From an uncultured Nannocystis sp. (GTDB lineage: Bacteria; Myxococcota_A; Polyangia; Nannocystales; Nannocystaceae), in contig CAYYUP010000014.1 of NCBI GenBank assembly GCA_964474905.1, forward strand, positions 28,030 to 92,029: 64,000 bases of DNA, given 5' to 3'. Under the pieces are notes generated by a model. That model saw nothing but the letters and a program-made list of their open reading frames with translations, made no database searches and had not been told where the DNA came from. Shown here piece by piece: positions 1 through 8,283 of the stretch. How positions within the stretch are numbered: position 1 is the stretch's first letter; the number at the start of each line of letters is the position of its first letter. The position numbers were made by a program, and so were the translations under genes.

Positions 1-157
1 CCGATGGTCATCGCGTCGGGCTCTCGATTTTTGACAGGCAGAGCTGGCGTTAAAAATCGCGACCTGTCCGCGCGGTCATGCGCGAAGTATGAGCCGAGCA
101 GGCATGGGTCGCGGTGGCTGTCGCTGGTCCGCTATCATCCGAGCGAGGCGATCCACG

Positions 158-556
158 ATGACAGCACCCAAAGAGAAGTCCGCGCTCCACGTCCTTGCCT
201 TCCTCTACCTGGTCTTCAGTCATACGACCGATGCCAACCTCGGCGCCGAGGAGTTGAGGACGATCGCCGGGATCCTCAAGCAGTGGGTACCCGATGCACC
301 TGATGCCGCGATCAACGGTGTCTTGGTGGAGACCGTCACTTGGTACAACTCGATCCCCGAGGACGCCGATCGCTTCGCCGAGGCCAAGCGCAGCGCCGTG
401 ACGATGCGCGAGCAGATGAGCGAGACGCAGCGGGCCTCGGTGCTCCTAAACCTAATCGAGATCGCCCGCGCCGACGGTGAGATCAGCGCGGCCGAAGATG
501 CGTTCATCGCTGAGATCACTCAGATCCTCAACATGACCGAAACCCGCGCGACCTAG
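158..556 (+). CDS. TerB-family (tellurite-resistance-like) domain protein
   Basis: Two TerB-like helical repeats in the translation: ALHVLAFLYLVFSHTTDANLGAEELRTIAGIL and SVLLNLIEIARADGEISAAEDAFIAEITQIL. The ATG at 158 (MTAPKEK) is preferred over the upstream Arg/Gly-rich start at 89. It is convergent with hsdS, and the two stops are 6 nt apart. Confidence 0.6.
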   Translation: MTAPKEKSALHVLAFLYLVFSHTTDANLGAEELRTIAGILKQWVPDAPDAAINGVLVETVTWYNSIPEDADRFAEAKRSAVTMREQMSETQRASVLLNLIEIARADGEISAAEDAFIAEITQILNMTETRAT

Positions 557-562
557 GGTTTT

Positions 563-1909
563 TTATCCGCGACGGGGCTGGCTTAGGCTCGCGTCGGGCT
601 CGGCGACGAGGCGCTCCGAGAGGTGACCGCTGAGTAGCTGCGGCAGCAGAAAATCGCGGGCGCGGGCGAGGGCTAGGATCTCTTGCTTGCACTCGACCAT
701 CGAGGTGACGAGCGGGGCGCAGAGTTCTGCGAAGGCCTCGCGGACTTGGGTCGGTGGTTGCACGACGTTGAGGCGTCGCAGGTCTTTTTTGGCGATGTGG
801 CCGAGCCCGGTCGTTTGGTGGTTGCGGGCGATCTCAACAAAGACCGGCTGGAAGCGGCGGAGCACACCGTAGAGGTGGGGCAGGTCGCTCGCCGCGTTGG
901 GGATCACCTTGAAGATGTGCTGGTTGAGCCAGGCCTCGCCGCCGCCCCAGAGCGAGGTGCCGATCGAGGTCTGCGGGTTGCCCGACCAGGCAAAGAGCAT
1001 GTCGCCGTCGTGGAGGCGGAGCGGACGACGGCCACCGCTCTCGGACCACCTGGTTTGGGTGCCGACACCCCGGTGGATCTCGGCGATTTTGATCACCGGC
1101 ATGCCGACGCCAGTTGTCGCGAAGTGCTCGCGCTTAAAGGCCGCGCCGTTGCGAAACTCGCCGCATTCGAGCAGGCCGATGACCTCCCAGGCCTCGGGGA
1201 TCCTGCCGTAGGCGGTCGATACCAGGGTCTTCGGGAAGAGCCGGTCATCGAGGCCGCCCAGGCAGGGATGGTGGGCACGACCGACCGGCTCGTAGTCGAC
1301 AAACCATGCGTCGAAGAGCGCCTGAAAGAGGCGGTCGGAGGCGTCGGCGAGACCGCGGAGACTGGCGATGCGCTCGTCCAGGTTGAGCAGGTGGCCGACC
1401 AGCTCGCGTTGCTCGGCGAGCGGCGGCAGGAGGATCGGTGTCTGCTTGAGGATGCCCAGGTTTGTGTGCGGCACCCCGGTGGCGATCGTGTGCCGGTTGA
1501 TGTAGTCGAGGACCCTCGGCGAACGGAACCAGTAGTAGACAAACTCGGGCAGTACGCGGCTGCGATCGCAGGTCAGACGCATCTGGCTTTGCGAGATCAC
1601 GAAGCGCTCGTAACCCAGGTCCTCGGGGACCAGGGCGACCTGGCCGACGGTGCCGCGCTGGGTGAAGACGACGTCGCCGGGGCGGGCTTGGTTGCGGGCG
1701 AGCGCCGCGGCCTTGTCGGTGTCGACGTGGGCGAAGGGGCCGCGGATGAAGCGGCTTTCGCCGCTAAAGTTGGAGCCGCGGATCACCGGCACGCCGCTTT
1801 CGCGGTAGTCGGCGCTGACGAGATCCGAGCCGAAGGGTCCGCCGGTCAGGGAGTTGCTCTCGCCCGCCGCGATCTCGGCGATCGAATGCTCGGGCCAGGG
1901 CGAGCTCAT
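563..1909 (-). CDS. hsdS: Type I restriction-modification system specificity subunit (HsdS)
   Basis: Two target-recognition-domain halves are separated by conserved coiled-coil spacers ([24 protein letters not shown] and a C-terminal ...[19 protein letters not shown]). The start MSSPWPEH (ATG at 1907-1909) overlaps the hsdM stop as ATGA. The upstream part of the 664-aa ORF is Arg/Pro-rich junk. Confidence 0.85.
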   Translation of the reverse strand: MSSPWPEHSIAEIAAGESNSLTGGPFGSDLVSADYRESGVPVIRGSNFSGESRFIRGPFAHVDTDKAAALARNQARPGDVVFTQRGTVGQVALVPEDLGYERFVISQSQMRLTCDRSRVLPEFVYYWFRSPRVLDYINRHTIATGVPHTNLGILKQTPILLPPLAEQRELVGHLLNLDERIASLRGLADASDRLFQALFDAWFVDYEPVGRAHHPCLGGLDDRLFPKTLVSTAYGRIPEAWEVIGLLECGEFRNGAAFKREHFATTGVGMPVIKIAEIHRGVGTQTRWSESGGRRPLRLHDGDMLFAWSGNPQTSIGTSLWGGGEAWLNQHIFKVIPNAASDLPHLYGVLRRFQPVFVEIARNHQTTGLGHIAKKDLRRLNVVQPPTQVREAFAELCAPLVTSMVECKQEILALARARDFLLPQLLSGHLSERLVAEPDASLSQPRRG

Positions 1910-3849
1910 TGTCCGAGCCTCCGGAGGAGAGCTCGGATTTTTTTCTCGAGTTCGGCGGCGCGGTCTAAGTGGGCTCCGATTTCGTGGGCGATCGGTGCGA
2001 AGCGCTCGCGGAAGTCGGCGCCCACAGGCTCGCAGGTCCCCGGGCTCGGGCCGAGATAATGACCGGGTACCAGGGTGCAGCCGTTGCTCCGTAGCTCGTC
2101 TAGGCCGACCGAGCGGCAGAAGCCGGGCACGTCGTGGTAGGCCGGCGTGTCGGGGTCGCCGCGCCAGGAGTGATAGGTGCGGACGATGCGATCGACGTCG
2201 TCGTCGGTGAGCTCGCGGTGGATCCTGTCGACCATCGAGCCGAGCTCGCGGGCATCGATGAAGAGCGTCTCGCCGCTGCGCTTGCGGAAGCGGGCGTCGG
2301 TCTTGTCGCGGGCCAAAAACCACAGCGACACCGGGATCTGCGTCGAGTAGAAGAGCTTTGGCGGCAGCGCAACCATGCAGTCGACGAGATCGTCCTCGAC
2401 GATCGCCCGGCGGATCTCGCCCTCGCCGGCACTCGCGGAGGACATCGCCCCGTTTGCCAGGACAAAACCCGCGAGCCCGTGGGGCCCCAGGTGGTGGATG
2501 AAGTGCTGGACCCAGGCGAAGTTGGCGTTGCTCTCGGGCGGCAGGCCGTAGGCCCATCGAGGGTCCCTGAGCAGGCGTTCACGACCCCACTCGCGGGCAT
2601 TAAAGGGCGGGTTGGCGAGCACGTAGTCGGCTTTGAGTTCGGCGTGCAACTCGCGGGTGAAGGAGTCGCCGTGCTCGGGTCCTAGGTCGCAGGGGATGCC
2701 GCGGATCGCCAGGTTCATCTTTGCCAGGCGCCAGGTGGTCGGGTTGGACTCTTGGCCGTGGATCGCGATGTCGCCTAGGCGTCCGCCGTGCTCTTCGATG
2801 AAACGTTCGCTCTGGACAAACATGCCGCCAGAGCCGCAGGCCGGGTCGTAGACCGTGCCCTTGTAGGGCGCGAGCATGGCGACCAAAAGCTCGACGACGC
2901 AGCGCGGCGTGTAAAATTGGCCGCCGTTCTTGCCTTCGGCGGTCGCGAACGAGGTCAGGAAATACTCGTAGACCCGTCCCAAGATGTCGCGCGAGCGATC
3001 TTCGTGGCTGCCCAGGCCGATCGTGCCGACAAGTTCGACGAGTTCGCCCAGACGCTCTTTGTCGAGGTCAGGGCGGTCGTAGTGGCGCGGCAGGACCCCG
3101 TGGAGCCCGGGGTTGGAGCGTTCGATCGCCGCCATCGCAGCGTCGACCATGGAGCCTATCCGCGGGGTATGTGCGTGGCCAGCGAGCGTCGTCCAGCGGG
3201 CGGTGACCGGCACCCAAAAAGTTGAGCCCTCGGGCGGGTCTTCGCCTTCGGGGCCGCGCGCCGCCTCAAATGCGTCGGAGATGTACTTGAGGAAGATCAG
3301 GCCGAGCACGACGTGCTTGTATTCGGCCGCGTCCATGTTGTTGCGCAGCTTGTCCGCGGCCTGCCAGAGCTTGGCCTCAAAACCGAGGGCGCGTCGGCCC
3401 TCGCCCTTGCCCTTGGCCGCCTTGGGAATGGGCTTTGGCGTGGGCTTTGGCGAAGGGCTGGGGTTTGTCTTGGGGGGCGTCGCCGGGCTGTTGGCGGCTC
3501 TGAGCGCTTCGTCGGCGAGCCCTGGGGTCTGCTCGGCGGGCGAGGTGATAAGCCCGTCCGGGACCAGGCTGAGGTAGCCGTGGGTGGGACCGACCAGGCC
3601 GTCCAGGAGCTCCTCTTTGGTCCGACCGCGCGGCTTTTGAGCGAGCAGCTTGGAGAGCTCGCGGAGTTCGAGCACCCGGAGCTCCGCCAACAGAGCGCGG
3701 AGCTCCTGGCGGGGCAGGCGAACGCAGAGCTCGAGCACCTGGGCGGGCGCTGCGTTCTCGGTCAACGGCAAGCCGCTGCGTCGGGCGATCTCCTCGAGCC
3801 GTGATGAGCTCAGGACCTCGAGGATCGCGCGAATACTCGGTCGCTTCAT
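1906..3849 (-). CDS. hsdM: Type I R-M N6-adenine DNA methyltransferase (HsdM) with an unusual N-terminal extension
   Basis: Carries the HsdM N-domain signature [32 protein letters not shown], the AdoMet motif [12 protein letters not shown] and the catalytic motif VLANPPFN. About 155 aa precede the conserved core. Confidence 0.9.
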   Translation of the reverse strand: MKRPSIRAILEVLSSSRLEEIARRSGLPLTENAAPAQVLELCVRLPRQELRALLAELRVLELRELSKLLAQKPRGRTKEELLDGLVGPTHGYLSLVPDGLITSPAEQTPGLADEALRAANSPATPPKTNPSPSPKPTPKPIPKAAKGKGEGRRALGFEAKLWQAADKLRNNMDAAEYKHVVLGLIFLKYISDAFEAARGPEGEDPPEGSTFWVPVTARWTTLAGHAHTPRIGSMVDAAMAAIERSNPGLHGVLPRHYDRPDLDKERLGELVELVGTIGLGSHEDRSRDILGRVYEYFLTSFATAEGKNGGQFYTPRCVVELLVAMLAPYKGTVYDPACGSGGMFVQSERFIEEHGGRLGDIAIHGQESNPTTWRLAKMNLAIRGIPCDLGPEHGDSFTRELHAELKADYVLANPPFNAREWGRERLLRDPRWAYGLPPESNANFAWVQHFIHHLGPHGLAGFVLANGAMSSASAGEGEIRRAIVEDDLVDCMVALPPKLFYSTQIPVSLWFLARDKTDARFRKRSGETLFIDARELGSMVDRIHRELTDDDVDRIVRTYHSWRGDPDTPAYHDVPGFCRSVGLDELRSNGCTLVPGHYLGPSPGTCEPVGADFRERFAPIAHEIGAHLDRAAELEKKIRALLRRLGQ

Positions 3850-3900
3850 GGTCGGGTCAGGGCGCGAATCACGGCGCCGGACGGGTCACTTCATACAGGC

Positions 3901-3940
3901 ACAAAAGCCCATAAAAGCACATAAAACCACACAAAAACGC
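3901..3940. other. Four phased A-tracts (10-bp period), predicted intrinsically bent DNA upstream of hsdM
   Basis: acAAAAgccc atAAAAgcac atAAAAccac acAAAAAcgc. A4-5 runs start at 3903, 3913, 3923 and 3933. The segment is AT-rich in an otherwise GC-rich window. Confidence 0.6.
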
Positions 3941-3977
3941 CCAAGATGGTAGCCGCGGAGGGCTTCATCTTGGGCGT
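3931..3977 (-). terminator. Rho-independent terminator of the rplM-rpsI operon
   Basis: A 12-bp stem, acgcccaagatg (3937-3948) pairing with catcttgggcgt (3966-3977). On the minus strand it is followed by TTTTTGTGTGG. It lies 27 nt after the rpsI stop. Confidence 0.6.
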
Positions 3978-4003
3978 ATTGGCACCGCTTTGCGGTGGAG
4001 GGA

Positions 4004-4402
4004 CTAACGCTTGGAGAACTGGAAGCGAGCGCGCGCGCCCTTGCGGCCGTACTTCTTGCGCTCGACCTTACGGGGGTCACGGGTGAGATAGCCAGCGGCC
4101 TTGAGCGACTCGCGGTGCTCGGCGGCGACGCGGACCAGGGCCCGAGCGATGCCGAGACGAATCGCACCGGCTTGGCCGGAGAGACCGCCGCCCTTCGCCG
4201 TGCACCAAATATCGTATTGCTCGCGGGTGCCGGTCGTATTGAGCGGCTGCTCGATGAGCTTGATGTTCGTGGCGCGGTTGAGATAGCTCTCGGCGCTGCG
4301 ACGGTTGATGGTGATCGTTCCCTCGCCGGGGAAGAGCCAGACGCGGGCGATCGCAGTTTTGCGACGGCCGGTGGCGTAGAACTTCATCGTATCCTTGGCC
4401 AT
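4004..4402 (-). CDS. rpsI: 30S ribosomal protein S9
   Basis: YATGRRKTAIARV ... GGGLSGQAGAIRLGIARAL ... RDPRKVERKKYGRKGARARFQFSKR. The ATG at 4402 (MAKD) is preferred. A GTG at 4411 overlapping the rplM stop is an alternative start. Confidence 0.95.
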   Translation of the reverse strand: MAKDTMKFYATGRRKTAIARVWLFPGEGTITINRRSAESYLNRATNIKLIEQPLNTTGTREQYDIWCTAKGGGLSGQAGAIRLGIARALVRVAAEHRESLKAAGYLTRDPRKVERKKYGRKGARARFQFSKR

Positions 4403-4407
4403 GGGAC

Positions 4408-4845
4408 TCACGTGTAGCTAAGAGTGAAGGGCTTGGGCTGCTGGGCAGCGTGGGGATGCTCGGTGCCGGCGTAGACCTTGAGCTTGCCAAAGGTTTGACG
4501 CCCAAGCGGGCCCTTTGGAAGCATACGCTTGACGGCGAGCTTGATGATTTCTTCGGGCTTGATCGTGAGCATTTGACGCGCAGTGCGAGTCTTTGTGCTG
4601 CCGATATAGCCGGAGTGCCGATGGTAGAGCTTGTTGTCCAGCTTGCGGCCGGTGAGCTTTACCTTTGCGGCGTTGATGACAACGACAAAGTCGCCGACAT
4701 CTTGGTGGGGGGTGAAGATCGGCTTGTGCTTGCCGCGAAGGAGGCTAGCGATCTGCGACGCGGCTCGACCGAGGGTCAGGCCCTCGAGGTCGATGAGTAG
4801 CCAGTCGCGAGGAGTCTCTGCGGGGATGGGGTAGTGCGTACCCAT
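4408..4845 (-). CDS. rplM: 50S ribosomal protein L13
   Basis: [47 protein letters not shown] ... [10 protein letters not shown] matches the conserved L13 core. Confidence 0.95.
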   Translation of the reverse strand: MGTHYPIPAETPRDWLLIDLEGLTLGRAASQIASLLRGKHKPIFTPHQDVGDFVVVINAAKVKLTGRKLDNKLYHRHSGYIGSTKTRTARQMLTIKPEEIIKLAVKRMLPKGPLGRQTFGKLKVYAGTEHPHAAQQPKPFTLSYT

Positions 4846-5074
4846 GGGAAGCGGAGGGATACGCGAGCCTTTTCACCCTGTCAAGCACCCTGCGGCGACG
4901 CCGGTCTTGCCCGGAGCCCCATCAGGGGCGTGAATTTTTGTTTTTGGGGCACACAGGAGCCCGGCGAGCAATGACTGGTGAGGATTCTAGCGGGGATCGC
5001 CTCCCGTTCTTCTGCGTTTTTTGACGGCGTCGTGGCTTTGAACGACCGCGGGAAAGCGCCATACTTGGGGCCCT

Positions 5075-6013
5075 GTGCCCGCGCCTTCCCCGCCGCCGCT
5101 CACCGGGACCATCCTGGTCGCTGACGACTCCGCCGGGGATCGCTCGGTGGCGCGCGCGATCCTCGAGGAGGCTGGATACGAGGTGCTCTGCGCCCGTGAC
5201 GGGAACGAGGCCCTCGAGATGGTCCGCGCGTTGGCCCCGGATCTGGTGATCCTCGACGTCGTGATGCCGCGGATCGGCGGCCTCGAGACCTGCCGGATCC
5301 TCAAGGCCCAGAGCCAGGGCGACTACCTGCCGGTGATGATGGTGAGCACTCGCTCCTCGGTCTCGGCCCGGGTCGACGGTCTTCGCAGCGGGGCCGACGA
5401 CTATCTCGGCAAGCCCTACGACAAGGAGGAGCTGCGGGCTCGGGTTGAGGTCCTGTTGCGGACCAGGGCCGCTTTCGCCGCTCAGGCGCGACGCTTTGGT
5501 GTCGAGGCCGAGGAGATCCGACCCGCCGAGCGCCTGGCTCAGAGCGGCCAGCCGCCGACCTCGGCGGAGCTCCGCGAGGCGATGGCCGGCGAGGTCGACC
5601 GGGCCGCTCGCTACAGCGATCCTCTGGCCCTGCTGCGGATCGCCTCGGAGGGTTCCGAGGTGCTCAGCGAGCGCTTGGTCGTGCTCGTGCGCGAGGGCCT
5701 CCGTCGCATCGATCTTGTGGACAGCGCCGATGACAGCTCCGCGCTGCTCCTGCTCCTGCCGGATACGCATTTTCCGGGGGCCCTCGCGGTCGCTGAGCGC
5801 ATCGTGCTCGCCGGCCGCGAGCAGAAGTTGGCGATCAACGTCGGCGTCTCTTTTTTTCCCAACCGAAACACCGTTACGTTCACCGATATGGTCGAACACG
5901 CGGGGGCTGCCCTGACCCTGGCAGCCGAGGCTGGAGGCGGCAAGATCTGCCTCTTTCAACACCAGGGTTACCTCTATTCGCCGGAGACTGTGGGCCCGGC
6001 GAGCGAATCATAG
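5075..6013 (+). CDS. Response regulator: receiver domain fused to a degenerate GGDEF-like domain
   Basis: Receiver motifs are ILVADDS, DLVILDVVMP and GADDYLGKP. The C-terminal half has diguanylate-cyclase-like architecture, but ADDSS (5726-5740) occupies the GGDEF position (RRIDLVDSADDSSALLLLLPDT). Confidence 0.75.
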   Translation: MPAPSPPPLTGTILVADDSAGDRSVARAILEEAGYEVLCARDGNEALEMVRALAPDLVILDVVMPRIGGLETCRILKAQSQGDYLPVMMVSTRSSVSARVDGLRSGADDYLGKPYDKEELRARVEVLLRTRAAFAAQARRFGVEAEEIRPAERLAQSGQPPTSAELREAMAGEVDRAARYSDPLALLRIASEGSEVLSERLVVLVREGLRRIDLVDSADDSSALLLLLPDTHFPGALAVAERIVLAGREQKLAINVGVSFFPNRNTVTFTDMVEHAGAALTLAAEAGGGKICLFQHQGYLYSPETVGPASES

Positions 6014-6098
6014 TTAGAGCGGAGCGTCGGATGCGAGTAATGGGTGCGAGGCATGGTGTCGGTACAAGATTTGGGCGTGCGCCCGAGGGGTTGCCGAG

Positions 6099-6995
6099 GT
6101 GACGGATTCAAAGCCGATCTCCGAGATTCGCTCGGTGCTGCTGTACCCGCGAGAGGACGGACATGGCGCTTCGACCACCCGCGAGGCGGCGATCTGGCTC
6201 CGCAAGCGCGGTGTCGACGTGGTCTTGCCGCGGTCCTTCTGCGAGCGTGGGAGAGATCGTCCCGAGGGTGTCGAACTCCTCAGTCGCCAGGAGAGCCGGA
6301 GCCGTGTCGAGCTGGTGATCGCTCTCGGTGGTGGTCGCACGTTGCTGCGGGCGAGTCGCTGGGCGGCGGAGATCGGCGTTCCCGTGGTCGGGGTCAACCT
6401 CGGCGACCTCGGCTTTCTCTCGGCCTTTAGCGCGGACCAGCTTGTCCCCTGCCTCGAGGCTGCGGTCGGCGGTCTCCTGCGTTGGGAGCCGCGGCTGCGC
6501 ATGAAGGTCGAAGTCCGCCGTGAGGGTCGGGTGCTCACCTTTGACAGCGCCTGCAACGATGCCTACATCAAGCACGGCGACAACCCGCGGCTGCTCTCGC
6601 TGGCGACCTCGGTCGCCGGTCAGCAGATGGCAACCTACAAGGCGGACGGGCTGATCATCTGCACGCCGATGGGTTCGACCGCCTACAACCTCGCCGCGGG
6701 CGGGCCGATCGTCGGCCCCGGTACCGAGGTCGTCACGATCACTCCGATCTGTCCCCACAGCCTCACTCACAGGCCGGTCGTCGTCACCGCGAGTGCCGAG
6801 ATCCTGATCACCTACGCCGGTCCAGGTGATACCGCAGGGGCCTTTCTCACCGTCGACGGCCAGCGCAGCGTCGCCCTCCAACTCGGCGATGTCGTCGCGG
6901 TCTCGAGTGACGCCGAGCCGTTGCGCCTGGTGCCGCCGGATCACAACGTCTTTCGAGTGCTCGCGACCAAGCTCGGCTGGTCAGGACCGACCTAG
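6099..6995 (+). CDS. nadK: NAD(+) kinase
   Basis: VVGVNLGDLGFLS and YKADGLIICTPMGSTAYNLAAGGPIV are the classical NAD kinase motifs. The GGDGT motif reads GGGRT here (6327-6341). GTG start. Confidence 0.85.
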   Translation: MTDSKPISEIRSVLLYPREDGHGASTTREAAIWLRKRGVDVVLPRSFCERGRDRPEGVELLSRQESRSRVELVIALGGGRTLLRASRWAAEIGVPVVGVNLGDLGFLSAFSADQLVPCLEAAVGGLLRWEPRLRMKVEVRREGRVLTFDSACNDAYIKHGDNPRLLSLATSVAGQQMATYKADGLIICTPMGSTAYNLAAGGPIVGPGTEVVTITPICPHSLTHRPVVVTASAEILITYAGPGDTAGAFLTVDGQRSVALQLGDVVAVSSDAEPLRLVPPDHNVFRVLATKLGWSGPT

Positions 6996-7036
6996 GCCGG
7001 CGACTCAAAAGAGCAGGAGCACGAAAACGCTAAAAA

Positions 7037-7084
7037 GGCCCCGAAGCGCTGCTTTGCAGCCTCGGGACCTCTTTTTTCTTTTGT
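7037..7084. terminator. Probable bidirectional terminator between the convergent nadK and RNA ligase genes
   Basis: An imperfect hairpin, ccccgaagcgctgc-ttt-gcagcctcggg, flanked by AAAAA on the left and a TCTTTTTTCTTTTG run on the right. Confidence 0.5.
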
Positions 7085-7125
7085 CATTGGAGCGAACGTT
7101 CGTTCGAAGCGTCGCTCTCGAGCCT

Positions 7126-8217
7126 TTAGTTGTGCTCCGTGCCGCCCTTACGCAGGAGGTACTTTGAGGAGACGCTCTTCAGCTGGACGCGGCCGAGCTC
7201 CGAGTGTCGGCGTTCGATCTGCGGGCGTATGACGATGCCCTCGCGCATGTGCAGGCGCTCGCCGGAGACGCTCTCGCGGCCGTTGGTATGGGCCTCCATG
7301 ATCTCGCGGCTAAAGGTGCCGCGGTAGAGCACCGGCACCCGGTCGAGGCCGAGCGCGGTGCAGGAGGCCTCGAGGTCGTTGTCGGACAGGTACTCGCCCT
7401 CGCCAGGCCAGCCGCGGTAGATGTCAAAGACGCGAAAGCCGAGCCAGCGATCCTGCTCGGCCCTGGCACCGTACGAGAGATCCTGGACGCCTTTGCCAAA
7501 GACCTCACCGAGCACAAACACCGGTGCACCATCAGCGAGCGCCTGGTCGAAGACCTGCCCCAGCTTGCGCTCGATCTCGAGGTGTTTGGCGACCCGGAGG
7601 TAGAGGTTGGTCCGGTTGTCCTCGGCGTCGGGGACAAAGGCGAGGCCCTTGGAGGCGAGGCCCTTGGAGGCGACCACCAGGCGGCCGTTCGGCGCATCGG
7701 CGCTCTGCGGCAGCAGTCCCACCTGGCACCAGGTGCCGTGGATTTTTTCGGTGAAGACCACCGCCTCGCCCTCTTCGAGAACCTCGGGGAAGGCCTTGAA
7801 GTTCTCGATGTCGTATTTGAGGCAGCGGTCGCTGCCCGCCCCGTAGACCTGTCCGTTCATACAGCTAGGAACTGGCGGCTCCCACTTGACGATGCCGAGT
7901 TCGGCGGCCACATCATCGCCGGCGCTCCACTCGGGGCGGGCTCGCAGCACCAGACCCTGCGAGAGCACCCCGCGCAGGCGGATCGCCTTCACGCGGTTGC
8001 GGCCACTGCCTGCCAGCTTGCCCGTGAGTCCCATTGACTCGAGAAGGGGCGCCGGCAGCAACGCCTGCTCCGGGATGTAGGCGACGAGTTGCCCGCTCTG
8101 AAACTCGCCCTTGCGGACGACCGAGCGATAGTCGCCGACGCGGGCGATCTCGAGGGCATCGGCGTTGTCATGGGGCTCGATGACGACGGGCACGATCTGT
8201 ACGGTGAAGGTCGACAT
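7126..8217 (-). CDS. ATP-dependent RNA ligase, Rnl5 / DraRnl (DRB0094)-like: N-terminal OB fold plus nucleotidyltransferase domain
   Basis: The N-terminus MSTFTVQIVPVVIEPHDNADALEIARVGDYRSVVRKGEFQSGQLVAYIPEQ has an OB-like layout. The ligase motif I lysine lies in VVFTEKIHGTW (about 7735-7749). Later motifs include FVLGEVFGKGVQ and REGIVIRP ... LKSVS. The start is the ATG at 8217; the upstream part of the ORF is junk. Confidence 0.75.
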   Translation of the reverse strand: MSTFTVQIVPVVIEPHDNADALEIARVGDYRSVVRKGEFQSGQLVAYIPEQALLPAPLLESMGLTGKLAGSGRNRVKAIRLRGVLSQGLVLRARPEWSAGDDVAAELGIVKWEPPVPSCMNGQVYGAGSDRCLKYDIENFKAFPEVLEEGEAVVFTEKIHGTWCQVGLLPQSADAPNGRLVVASKGLASKGLAFVPDAEDNRTNLYLRVAKHLEIERKLGQVFDQALADGAPVFVLGEVFGKGVQDLSYGARAEQDRWLGFRVFDIYRGWPGEGEYLSDNDLEASCTALGLDRVPVLYRGTFSREIMEAHTNGRESVSGERLHMREGIVIRPQIERRHSELGRVQLKSVSSKYLLRKGGTEHN

Positions 8218-8244
8218 TGTCTCTTCCTCTTCTCTTTGTTTGTT

Positions 8245-8283
8245 CTGGTTTGAAGTCGTGGTTTGCAGTCGTGGTTTGCAGTC
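8245..8283. repeat. 13-bp tandem repeat (about 2.3 copies) in the RNA ligase leader
   Basis: agtcgtggtttgc occurs at 8254-8266 and again at 8267-8279, with a partial copy either side. On the coding (minus) strand this reads GCAAACCACGACT repeated, 30-65 nt upstream of the ATG. Confidence 0.8.

Noticed and set aside
683-2059. 458-aa plus-strand ORF, and the 5' extension of the minus-strand ORF 563..2557, over the hsdS/hsdM junction
   Set aside because: The plus-strand ORF is antisense to hsdS and compositionally junk. The first roughly 216 codons of the 664-aa ORF are Arg/Pro-rich and lie inside hsdM in another frame. The real hsdS start is the ATGA-coupled ATG at 1909.
4922-5962. 346-aa minus-strand ORF opposite the response regulator gene
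   Set aside because: It is an antisense shadow ORF. It has no domain signature, whereas the plus-strand product has complete receiver motifs.
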